A DNA stretch of 24,668 nucleotides from IMG/VR virus record IMGVR_UViG_3300008267_001278, positions 1 to 24,668 of that record; one strand, written 5' to 3'. Below, piece by piece: positions 8,057-17,631 of the stretch. A program made the position numbers and the translations under genes. The stretch's first letter is position 1. Each line of letters starts with the position of its first letter. Origin of the DNA: a virus (lineage: Duplodnaviria; Caudoviricetes). The notes under the pieces are model-generated. The model did no database searches. It was not told where the DNA came from and saw only the letters and a program-made list of their open reading frames with translations.

Positions 8057-10738
8057 ATGGATGAGAAATTATTAAAACAGATTGAACAGTATCTTAAAGA
8101 CTCAGGTCTAAACGCTCAAGAATTAAAGAAGCGAATGGACGAAGTTAAGGTTAGTACTGCTGAATTTAATAGAGAGTTAATCAATTCTCAACGCCACTTT
8201 GCTTCAATAAGTAATGAATTTACGGATATATCAGATCAGTTAAAAAATGTTGTAAGAGATTTATCTAAAACTAATACTACTTCTAAAGATATAAATAGTG
8301 CTTTTAGATCATTAAGCAGTCATGCTGATAAATTAAAATATGATGCTCAAGATATTAGCAGATTATCTAAACAAGATCTAGTAAGTGCTCAGAAAAAGAT
8401 TCAAATGAATGTTGATCTTTTAGCTCAAAGCAAAAGAGATTTAGATAATAAGTTTAAGAATCTTAGTACTGAAAGAATAGCTGCTATAGCAACCCAAACA
8501 AAAAATAAAGATTTAGCTAAACAAGCTTCTCAATACTTAGAATTACAAGGAATTCTTGATGAAAATGGGCAATTTTTAGATAAAGAAAATAATTATTTAG
8601 TTAAACTTCAAGAATTAGTTGCAAAAAGATTACAAGAAGAAGAAAAAATTAATAAACAATTAGGTATATCTGGAAAAATAGTTGATGGTATAGTTGGTGC
8701 TTTAGGTAAATTAGGTATTAGTAGTACCTTCTTTGAAAATCTAAAAGAAGATATGAGGGAGGTTGCTAAAACTGGATCTAAATGGGATGTGTTGATGACG
8801 GGGGTAAGAGGAACCGTTTCTGGTATAGGACAAGCATTAAAAGATCCTGTTACACAACTTACTATATTATTAAAAATTGCTAATTTCTTCTTTAAAGCTG
8901 CTTTAAATGCAAATGCACAAGCAGTTGAATTAGGAAAGCAATTAGGGTATGGGGCTGGAAGGGCAGATGAATTTAGAGAGAAGATGGTAGCTATTGAAAG
9001 CTCATCTAATAATCTAAATGTTACAACTGCTAATTTAACTCAAGCGTTTGGTGAGTTAGTTAAATCAACAGGATTTGCTTATGAATTCACAGCAGACCAG
9101 CTTGAAACTCAGATTAAATTAACTAAACAAGTTGGCTTACAAGCAGATGAAGCAGCTCAAGTTCAAAGATATGCTGCATTGTCAGGTAAATCATCTGAAG
9201 AAACTTATAGATCATTTGTTAGAGGTTTAACAACAGCAAGAAACCAACTTAAAGTTGGTATTGATTTTAGATCAACATTAGCTGAAGCAGTTAAAGTATC
9301 AGGCCAATTAGCTGCTAATTTAGGATATAATCCTGAGCGTATAGCTAAGGCAGTAGTGACTATGAAAGCATTAGGTACTACATTAGAAGATACCAAGTCA
9401 CAAGCAGAATCTTTATTGAATTTCGAATCATCAATTGAAAACGAATTAAAAGCTGAACTATTAACAGGTCAGGCATTAAACTTAGAAAGAGCTAGAGCAT
9501 TAGCATTACAAGGTGATATGGCTGGTGTTGCTAATGAATTAGCAAACCAAGGTATGACTGCTGCTAAGTTCTCTAAAATGAATGTGTTAGCACAAAATGC
9601 TTATGCTCAATCTTTAGGAACAACGTCAGATAAATTATCTGAACAATTAAGAAAAAGAGAAGAAGCAGTTAAATCTGGTAAATCTCTTCAACAAATAAAT
9701 GAAGAAGAAGCAGCACAAGCTCTTGAAAGACAAAGTGTTCAAGATAAGTTTAATGCTGCCGTAGAAAAATTACAAAGTTTATTTGGTAATTTAATGGCAG
9801 GTCCTTTAGGTTCATTCTTAGATTTATTAAGTGGAGCTTTGAATATAATTAATTATATGGCTAAGCCTCTTGCCTTTATAGGATCTATATTTTTAGGTAT
9901 TAAAGCAACTCAAATGGCTATTAATGCTTCTAAAAAAATAGGTTTAGGGTTAGATATTGCTTCTAAAGGACAAAATATGATTGCTGCTAATATGGGGTTA
10001 GCAACAATTGCTTCTAAAAGAACACAAACAGCACTAGAAAAAGAATCTCTTTTAACTAAAATAGCAGGTAATGCTCAATTACTTTTCTCATTAATACGAG
10101 AACAAGGAATTGCAGGTATTAAAGCATATGCTTCGGGATTAGAGGAAAAAAGCTTAGCTCGTAAAATTATAATGGGTGTTTATGATGGTGCTGCTGTTAT
10201 TGCTGCTAGAACAAAAGCATTATTTGAAGGATTTAGTCTTAAAAATTTAATAGGCCAAATCGCAAAACTACCAGTATTATTGGGTTTAAAGAGCACAGAA
10301 GCAGCAATAGCAACAGAAACAGCAGCTGCAGCTGTAGTTACAGCCGAAACTGCTTCCTTTGGTGCTGCTACAGTATGGATTGTAGCAGGTTTAGCAGCCG
10401 TAATGGGTGCTTTAGGTACATACATGGCTATGAAAGATGGTGTTATTGACCCAAGCAAAGGTCCAATAATGACTGGAGGATTTGGTTCTGTACAATTAGA
10501 TCCAAATGATAAGGCAATGTATGGTGCTGATGGTAAAATTAAAGTAGGCACAGACTTAGCAGGCGGTGGAGAAGGCGGTGGAGGTGGAGTATCTATTGAT
10601 TTATCACCAGTAGTATCAGCTCTTGCCGAAGTTAAAGCTGCTATCGGTCAGTTAATCAATAAAGAAGGTATAGTGATGATGGATAGTGTGAAAGTAGGTA
10701 CAACACAAAACATGAACGGCCGTTATAAAACAGCCTAA
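8057..10738 (+). CDS. Tape measure protein
   Basis: 893 aa, Ala/Leu/Lys/Gly-rich and helical, with hydrophobic C-terminal segments; canonical position after tube and chaperones. Confidence 0.85.
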   Translation: MDEKLLKQIEQYLKDSGLNAQELKKRMDEVKVSTAEFNRELINSQRHFASISNEFTDISDQLKNVVRDLSKTNTTSKDINSAFRSLSSHADKLKYDAQDISRLSKQDLVSAQKKIQMNVDLLAQSKRDLDNKFKNLSTERIAAIATQTKNKDLAKQASQYLELQGILDENGQFLDKENNYLVKLQELVAKRLQEEEKINKQLGISGKIVDGIVGALGKLGISSTFFENLKEDMREVAKTGSKWDVLMTGVRGTVSGIGQALKDPVTQLTILLKIANFFFKAALNANAQAVELGKQLGYGAGRADEFREKMVAIESSSNNLNVTTANLTQAFGELVKSTGFAYEFTADQLETQIKLTKQVGLQADEAAQVQRYAALSGKSSEETYRSFVRGLTTARNQLKVGIDFRSTLAEAVKVSGQLAANLGYNPERIAKAVVTMKALGTTLEDTKSQAESLLNFESSIENELKAELLTGQALNLERARALALQGDMAGVANELANQGMTAAKFSKMNVLAQNAYAQSLGTTSDKLSEQLRKREEAVKSGKSLQQINEEEAAQALERQSVQDKFNAAVEKLQSLFGNLMAGPLGSFLDLLSGALNIINYMAKPLAFIGSIFLGIKATQMAINASKKIGLGLDIASKGQNMIAANMGLATIASKRTQTALEKESLLTKIAGNAQLLFSLIREQGIAGIKAYASGLEEKSLARKIIMGVYDGAAVIAARTKALFEGFSLKNLIGQIAKLPVLLGLKSTEAAIATETAAAAVVTAETASFGAATVWIVAGLAAVMGALGTYMAMKDGVIDPSKGPIMTGGFGSVQLDPNDKAMYGADGKIKVGTDLAGGGEGGGGGVSIDLSPVVSALAEVKAAIGQLINKEGIVMMDSVKVGTTQNMNGRYKTA

Positions 10739-10743
10739 TTAAA

Positions 10744-10751
10744 TATTTATA
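10744..10751 (+). promoter_or_regulatory. TATTTATA leader motif
   Basis: Intergenic, 29 nt before ATG 10779. Confidence 0.55.
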
Positions 10752-10778
10752 CGTAGACAATTTTAAATTAAAATAAAA

Positions 10779-11075
10779 ATGGCGATTATTAATCAAAAAG
10801 ACAAAAGCAAATTAGGTTTAACAGCTAATGGCTTATCAGCTAACAAATTTGGATACTTTGCAGGTACTGCAACTGACAAATTACACAATCAGTATTCAGT
10901 ACACACAGATCCTAAAGTTAAATTAGTTGATTTCAATGGTTCTTCTAAAGTTAGAACAGAATCTACATTAGATGAGTTAGATCCTAAAGCACCACGTAAT
11001 TTACGTGCAAAGCAATACAAATCAAAGTCAGGTCGTAAATATAGCGATTTAGGTCCAACAGAAGGTCGTTATTAA
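10779..11075 (+). CDS. Small basic hypothetical protein, possibly virion-associated
   Basis: 98-aa ORF with its own leader motif and A-rich initiation region. Confidence 0.7.
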   Translation: MAIINQKDKSKLGLTANGLSANKFGYFAGTATDKLHNQYSVHTDPKVKLVDFNGSSKVRTESTLDELDPKAPRNLRAKQYKSKSGRKYSDLGPTEGRY

Positions 11076-11088
11076 TAAGTAGTATAGG

Positions 11089-13343
11089 ATGCCTATAATC
11101 AAACAGTTAAATGCTACTAAGTTTCGTAGCTTAAAGTATGGTAATGATACCTCAAACGGAGGTAACAGCGGGCAGCCTTATATGAAGGTTGAATTAAAAG
11201 ACATTGACAAACCATTCAATAGACTTAGACTTACTAAATTTGATGATGGTTTAATTAGAGGTGGAGCTGTAGGAGCATTGAATGCTTCTGTAGTTGATAC
11301 ACTTCGTATAGGTAAATTCTTTAAAGATTTACCAAAAGGCCCATTATTCTTAGTTAAACAAGTAGGTTTACAATTATCTAATCCTAGATTAGAAACTAAA
11401 AAAGGTGTTAGTGGGTTTTTAAGTGGTGTTGGGCCAACCCGTTTATATAACTTGGGTATTAACACATTAGCTCAAGTTCCTCTTAATGCATTTGGTGGTC
11501 ATTTAATAAGACATGGTCTTTTACCAGTAATGGATGAAAGTAACAAGTATTTAAATGTAGTAACTGAAAAAAATAAGATTGCTGATGATAATAGATTAGT
11601 TGGTTTAAGAAATAAATTTGATTTAGGAGATGGTGAAGTTGAATATAGTATAACTTTAAAAGATGCTATAAGAACTAATAGACAAAATAATAAAGACGGA
11701 AGACAAGCTACTAGAGAACTTAACAGAAGTGGAAGACAAGCTAATAGAAGTCTCAATGAAACAGGTAGAAGACTTAATAGAGAAGCTAATAGAGATATAA
11801 GAAGGTTTGATAGAGATGGTAGAAGACTTAATAGAGAAGCTAATAGACTCTTGAAAAATCTAAATTTGACCGCTCTGTATTCTATCGCACTAATTTTAAA
11901 AGAAATAAATTAAACATAAGCGATTATGCTGTTGATAGCTACCTTGGTGGACCGGGTTCGGTATATGGTATAGGAAGAACTACTATTAATAGATATAATT
12001 TTACAGAAGATAAAATAAAAATTGATCAGGCTTTTGACAATGCCAAATCAGAAACAATTAGAGGAAGTTTATCATTTAATCCTCTAACAGAACAAAGTAG
12101 ATTTGCTGACGCTAGTGGTAGTTATATTACCGGAGCAACAATAGGCCCAATTTTATCTTCCCCATTAGTTACACCTTTATATGGCATAACAAATAATGGG
12201 TTAACAGAAAACGATCAATTTAAGGCATTATCAAGAAATCGCCAACCAAAAGATTTTTTGTATGGTGTTAATACTAGTGCTCCAACAAGCATGTTACAAG
12301 ATGCTATTGGTGATGGATTAATTAACACAAGTTCATTAGCCCCTCAAGGTAGTTCTTTTATAACTACTCCTCAAACAAGAACTCCTTTTGATAAATTTGA
12401 TGTAATAAAATCAGAAGAGGAAGATACAACTTATATTGGGGGTACAAGAACAATAGTATCTAATATTTCATTACCACCATATCCTTCATTTCCAATAAAA
12501 AAATCAGTTAAAGCATCAATTATAAATGTTAGTGGGTTTGGGAAAGAGGATAAACTAAAAAAGATCTATGAAGATGGTGAAATGACTCCAATACAAGAAA
12601 ATGAAGTAGATCATAATGGGTTTAAAACACAAAACGTTGTTATAAATAGAAATCCAAAAGATCTTACTACTGGAAATTCTACACCATTTTATTTTAATAA
12701 AAGTAAAACACTTCCTAACTTTGATAGAGTTGATCGAAATATAATGACAGTAAGGTTCACAACAATAAACCCATTCTCAGCAACAGATGATAAAACTGTA
12801 GTATTCTCAGCATATTTATCAGGTTTTAAATACAACTCAAATTCATCTTGGAGCCCAGTAAAATATGTGGGTAGGTCAGAAAGTTTTTATACATTCACTG
12901 AACATAAGAGAGATGTAAGTTTTAATATACAAGTACCATGTTTTAATAGAACTCATATACTTGAAAAACATAGAGGACTAAGTGAATTACAATCTGCTGG
13001 GGCTGGAATATATAATGAGAATAATCGATTAGGGGGTATAATTACAAAAATAACATTAGGAAGCTATCTAATAGAAGAACCAGGAATATTGACATCAGTT
13101 TCATTTGATATACCTGATACTTCCTCTTGGGACATAGATGCACCAGTTCCACTAGCAGGAAAGGCGGGAGTAACTTATGAAAAAACTCGAACCGTTGATA
13201 AATTAGCAATGTATATAAATGCACAATTTAGTTTTACTATTATTGGACAAACATTACCTACATATAAAGAAGGTGGATATTTATCTTATTTAAATAATCC
13301 AATTGGTGGAACAGGATTTTTAACAGGATCACAAGCTAGATAA
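11089..13343 (+). CDS. Single frameshifted gene: baseplate/tail-tube-initiator-like protein (tracked as ORFs 11089-11913 and 12258-13343)
   Basis: The frame of 12258-13343 is open back to 11847 (LEKSKFDRS...YLGGPGSVYGIGRTTINR) with no ATG in that extension. The C-terminal FSAYLSGF..SWSPVKYVGR..RDVSFNIQV..ITLGSYL..PGILTSVSF resembles tube-initiator folds (inference). Confidence 0.7.
11764..11847 (+). repeat. Perfect 30-nt direct repeat (GRRLNREANR x2)
   Basis: ggtagaagacttaatagagaagctaataga at 11764-11793 and 11818-11847. Confidence 0.95.
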
Positions 13344-13642
13344 TGAGATACACAACAAAAGATATTATACAAACTCCAACAGGTACAAAGTATCTAAAGT
13401 TAAAGAAATACCCAAATATTCCTTTATCTGAGGATGATATCTATGTTATTACAACAATAGGAGATAGACTAGATTTGTTAGCATATACTTACTATAAGAA
13501 CCCAGAATATTGGTGGGTGATATCATCAGCTAATAATAATATAAACAAAGGATCTATGTTCCTTACACCTGGTACTCAATTAAGAATACCAACAGATTTA
13601 GGTGCTGTATTAAAAATGTTTGACGATTTAAACTACAAATAA
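13343..13642 (+). CDS. LysM-like baseplate protein (tail X / gp53-like)
   Basis: GDRLDLLAYTYYKNPEYWWVISSAN...LTPGTQLRIP; TAATG-coupled. Confidence 0.85.
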   Translation: MRYTTKDIIQTPTGTKYLKLKKYPNIPLSEDDIYVITTIGDRLDLLAYTYYKNPEYWWVISSANNNINKGSMFLTPGTQLRIPTDLGAVLKMFDDLNYK

Positions 13643-13646
13643 TGTT

Positions 13647-16600
13647 ATGTCTATATTTAAAGAATCATTTCCTGCTCATATTAAAAACCAACTCTTAAAA
13701 AGAGGAGAGGCACTTGCTAGACGTAATTTAACAGACATAGCAATTCATAATGGTTCAAAGGCATGGTTAAGAATGTCTTCATCAGTTGATGTTAAAGAAG
13801 ATAATGGAGCTTTAGCTAAAAACTATATTTTAACTGGTGGTGCTTTATATAATGATAAATTAAGAAGTGGAGTAGGGAAAGGTCCTGAAAATGCATATTC
13901 ATTACAAACACCAAATGGCAAAACACATTTATATGGCATTAAACCAATGCCAGGTATTACTAGTGTTGATATTAAATCAAAAGGTGCTTATGGTTCATTA
14001 AGAGAAGTAACAGTAAATTTTAACTGTTGGGATATTACTCAATTAGAAGATTTAGAATTACTTTACATGAGACCAGGATACTCTGTATTGTTAGAATGGG
14101 GATGGATTCCTTATGTTAATAATAGTGGAGGTTTAGTATCATCCTTCCCTTCATTTGATATATTTGATAGTAGCTTAAAAGGTAAAGATTATCAAAACGT
14201 ATTCCACCAACTATTTAAAAAAGAAGAAGAAGCACAAGGTAACTATGGTGGATTTTTAGGCATTATTAAAAACTATAAATGGTCAGCTAGACCAGATGGA
14301 GGATATGATTGTAGTACAACTTTAATTTCTATTGGTGAAATGATAGAATCATTAAAGATTAACTATACAGCAGCCAATTTATCAATGACCACTTTACAAA
14401 CTGTAGGTTATTTGAAAATAGTAGATTCTTATGAAGATGTAGATGAAGACAAATTAGAAAAATTTTACGGACGAAATTTCCTATCAGGATTGATATATGA
14501 ATTATGGATATCTGTAGATTCTTCTAATGGTTCTGCTGCTCAAACTAAAAAGGATATCTTTGGAGTAGAATATGATATGTTTACTATGGATATTGAATAC
14601 CATGGTGCTGCTAAAGAGGATGAAGACTTTGATAATTGGAATGATCAAAGATGGATCACATTGGAATCTTTATGTCGATTGATAAATAACCACTTAACAG
14701 TAGGTATTGTAGCAGAAGATGGAAACAAGCCAATTGTTGGTGTAACAACAAGTGATAGACCTTATCAAAATGGAGGACAAATGTCTTCTGAAAATTTAAA
14801 AAATCCTACTGCTCCTTATTTATTAAGTTTATGCCACCCACTACAAATGTCTGTCAACCCAGCAGTTTGTTTGATTAAAAATGATATTTGGGGTGCTTTT
14901 GAGTTACCAGATGATTTAGTTCCTTCAGGTTCAGATGCAACACCTCCTCCAAATAGTGGAGATCCAGGAAAGCAAGTTGATGCTAACATTACATTTGGTA
15001 ATCCCGGGGTTGCTACTCCAGTAGAAACAGCTGCTAAAGCAACACTTGATCTTGTAATACCACAAGTAAAAGCAGTTGATGCAACAGATGCTAATGAAAC
15101 AGCAGCAGAAAATGCTCTTAAAGCCTATTTTGATGCTTGTAGTGCTGCTAGCATTGATGCTAATAAAGCAGCTCTTGAATTAGAAAGACAATTTGAAATA
15201 AATGCATCTGTAACACCAGGAGCATTATATGGTACAAATGTAGATACAGCCGGATATTCAAGTGAAACTTTTTATGATTTCTTAGATGAACTTCTTTCAG
15301 AATCAAGAATTAAAAATATTTCACAGGGATTAGCAAACGTAAAAGGACAAAGCTTAGGAATAATCACAGCAAAAAAGAATATAATTGCCGCCCAAAAAGC
15401 AGCAGCCGAAAAAGCAGAAGAAATAAAAGATGCTGCAGAAGATGCTGCTAGTGATCTTAGTTGGATGGATAAATTAAAACCATTCTCAGTATCTGATACT
15501 AATGGAACAGCAGATCCTGCTTGTAAAGCAGGTTTTGGGCAAATAGGAAATATATATCTTAATTTACGATATTTGTTACAGGCTTGTAAAGATCCTGGAT
15601 TAGAGGGAAGTGATAAAACTGGTAAGAACACTATCAATTTATATGATTTTTTAAAGAAAATATTAACAGATGTTGCAGCAGCAACTGGTAATGTAAATAA
15701 CTTTGATATACACGTCGATCCACTTGATTCTGTAGCTAGAATTATAGACATTAACTTTGTAGATACACAAAGTAAAGCAGATGCTTACAAAAATACATTT
15801 ACATTCTACTCAGAAGATGGTACACCAACAGGAAAATATAATGGTTTAAAATCTACAGTAAGAAATTATACATTAGAATCACAAATATTCTCTGAACAGT
15901 CTTCTATCGTAGCAATAGGAGCTCAAACAGGTGGTGGTCAATTAGGTTTAGAAAACGATACTATGGTTGGATTCAACTATGGTGTAAAAGATCGTTTAAA
16001 GCCTAAAATGAATGCTATGAACACAACAAGTGCTGATGATAGTCTTGCTACTGCAAAAAAATTAGATAACTTATTAACTAACCTTACCCCTATCTATGAC
16101 TTTATTAGTAACATGGGTGGATGGGAAGCTGATTTTGAAAACGACGACGCTGGAAAATACGAAAGTGCTCTTAGAGATGTTATAGCAATTTTTAGATCAT
16201 TATCAAAAACTCCAATCAAATTTAAAGCAATTATTCCTACAAAATTATCTTTAGAAATAGATGGTATATCAAACCTAGTAATAGGTCACATGTTTAATAT
16301 CCACCCAGATTTACTTCCTAAGGGATATAAAACTGAAGGTGACTCTGAAGCAGGTAGAAGATTAGGATATATTTTAACAGGAATAGGACATACTATTAAT
16401 GACAATGGTTGGACTACTAAATTAGATGGTCAAACAATTATATTAGAAGAACCAGAGGGGGAGGAAAAAGATTTATTTAATATTACTTTAAGTAAAAAAG
16501 GAAAAGTAGAAAAAGTAGAAACAAATATTAAAACTAAAAACAATATTGTTGAAGTAAAAGGTAAAAAATATACTCTAGTTAATGGGGTTAAAAATTTCTA

Positions 16601-17126
16601 TCCTGAAAAACCAATTGTTGAGAAAAAAACAGTTTTAATTCCTCAAACTACATTAGCAGCATATTTAAAAACTCTAGTTCAAAACGGTCTTAATAAAAAT
16701 GTAGCTATAGCAGTTATGGCTAAATCTATTTCTGAACAAGGAAAAGGAGAGAATTTAAGAGGATATAATAATAATTTTTATGGGGTGCAAACAGATAGTG
16801 CTAGGTGGGCTGCTAAATACGATTCCGCTATAGTAGGAAGTTTCTTTACAACAGAAGGTGGAACAGGTAAAATGAGAGGATTTGCAGCATTTGCTACTCC
16901 AGAGATTGGAGCAGATTTTGTTGTGGGTAATGTTGAAAAAAGAGGAATTTATATAGGAGGCACTACTACGTATGTTACTAAAGGAACAAAGGTAACAGAT
17001 GTTAAGACTTGGGTTCGAACCTATTACAAAGAGTGGGTAAGGGGAGATAAAGATGCAGAGCCAGATGATGCTATACTAAAAAATGTTACAAGTAATTATA
17101 ATAAAGCTGTTAAATTAATTGGATAA
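13647..17126 (+). CDS. Large baseplate hub-like protein with C-terminal lysozyme-like (GH73 glucosaminidase-like) domain
   Basis: 1159 aa after the LysM gene. Beta-rich hub-like segments (PMPGITSVDI, LEWGW, LEIDGISNLVIG, YILTGIGHTINDNGWTT). C-terminal MAKSISEQG / NNFYGVQ / TTEG / RGFAAFATPE. Confidence 0.7.
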   Translation: MSIFKESFPAHIKNQLLKRGEALARRNLTDIAIHNGSKAWLRMSSSVDVKEDNGALAKNYILTGGALYNDKLRSGVGKGPENAYSLQTPNGKTHLYGIKPMPGITSVDIKSKGAYGSLREVTVNFNCWDITQLEDLELLYMRPGYSVLLEWGWIPYVNNSGGLVSSFPSFDIFDSSLKGKDYQNVFHQLFKKEEEAQGNYGGFLGIIKNYKWSARPDGGYDCSTTLISIGEMIESLKINYTAANLSMTTLQTVGYLKIVDSYEDVDEDKLEKFYGRNFLSGLIYELWISVDSSNGSAAQTKKDIFGVEYDMFTMDIEYHGAAKEDEDFDNWNDQRWITLESLCRLINNHLTVGIVAEDGNKPIVGVTTSDRPYQNGGQMSSENLKNPTAPYLLSLCHPLQMSVNPAVCLIKNDIWGAFELPDDLVPSGSDATPPPNSGDPGKQVDANITFGNPGVATPVETAAKATLDLVIPQVKAVDATDANETAAENALKAYFDACSAASIDANKAALELERQFEINASVTPGALYGTNVDTAGYSSETFYDFLDELLSESRIKNISQGLANVKGQSLGIITAKKNIIAAQKAAAEKAEEIKDAAEDAASDLSWMDKLKPFSVSDTNGTADPACKAGFGQIGNIYLNLRYLLQACKDPGLEGSDKTGKNTINLYDFLKKILTDVAAATGNVNNFDIHVDPLDSVARIIDINFVDTQSKADAYKNTFTFYSEDGTPTGKYNGLKSTVRNYTLESQIFSEQSSIVAIGAQTGGGQLGLENDTMVGFNYGVKDRLKPKMNAMNTTSADDSLATAKKLDNLLTNLTPIYDFISNMGGWEADFENDDAGKYESALRDVIAIFRSLSKTPIKFKAIIPTKLSLEIDGISNLVIGHMFNIHPDLLPKGYKTEGDSEAGRRLGYILTGIGHTINDNGWTTKLDGQTIILEEPEGEEKDLFNITLSKKGKVEKVETNIKTKNNIVEVKGKKYTLVNGVKNFYPEKPIVEKKTVLIPQTTLAAYLKTLVQNGLNKNVAIAVMAKSISEQGKGENLRGYNNNFYGVQTDSARWAAKYDSAIVGSFFTTEGGTGKMRGFAAFATPEIGADFVVGNVEKRGIYIGGTTTYVTKGTKVTDVKTWVRTYYKEWVRGDKDAEPDDAILKNVTSNYNKAVKLIG

Positions 17127-17590
17127 TGAGAGCTCCTAAAAATTTAGTTAAAGTAAAATACACAAGGGGGGAAAAATATGTTGATTCCAATTTCATCCCA
17201 TATACAGGATATTACTGTGAATTACAAGGTAAAGCATATCCTGGGAAGGTATATACTGGTGTTGCTAAACCTTTAAAACTAATATCTAGTTTAGCTAAAA
17301 GTAATAATAAGATCAACAGTCATATTTTTATTCCTGATGGAAAGGAATATGTATTAAGATATTTTATTAAATATATCAATACAGTTCCTGTTTATTTAAA
17401 AGAAATAGATAATGCTACCTATAATAAAGTTAAAGATAATCCTTTATACCAAACAATATTTTTAGAATATAGAGTAGCTGATGTTGAATCTGGAGTATTT
17501 GTTAATGGTTTCTTTAATATGAATGAAGTGGAACAGGCCGACAAGAAAATGCCTGGTATTAAACTCTTTCTTCAAGACGAACTTGTTTAA
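17126..17590 (+). CDS. Hypothetical protein, probably baseplate-associated
   Basis: 154 aa, TAATG-coupled to the hub gene; last gene of the structural block. Confidence 0.65.
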   Translation: MRAPKNLVKVKYTRGEKYVDSNFIPYTGYYCELQGKAYPGKVYTGVAKPLKLISSLAKSNNKINSHIFIPDGKEYVLRYFIKYINTVPVYLKEIDNATYNKVKDNPLYQTIFLEYRVADVESGVFVNGFFNMNEVEQADKKMPGIKLFLQDELV

Positions 17591-17613
17591 GGCAAGATTT
17601 TATCTTATATTTA
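17583..17613 (+). promoter_or_regulatory. Bacteroidota -33/-7-like promoter
   Basis: TTG(17583)-N20-TATATTTA(17606-17613), versus consensus TTG-N~19-TAnnTTTG; upstream of the polymerase gene. Confidence 0.45.
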
Positions 17614-17631
17614 GGGTCACAAAAAAAGGTT

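Noticed and set aside
11914-12257. Non-coding gap possibly holding an ncRNA or intron
   Set aside because: It is an open frame continuous with 12258-13343.
12258-12260. TTG start of the 361-aa ORF
   Set aside because: The frame is open for another ~137 codons upstream, so this is an internal Leu codon.
1682-13284. TATTTAT copies inside coding regions (1682, 12813, 13278) as promoters
   Set aside because: Expected by chance in AT-rich coding DNA and not at the 19-39 nt spacing; not counted.
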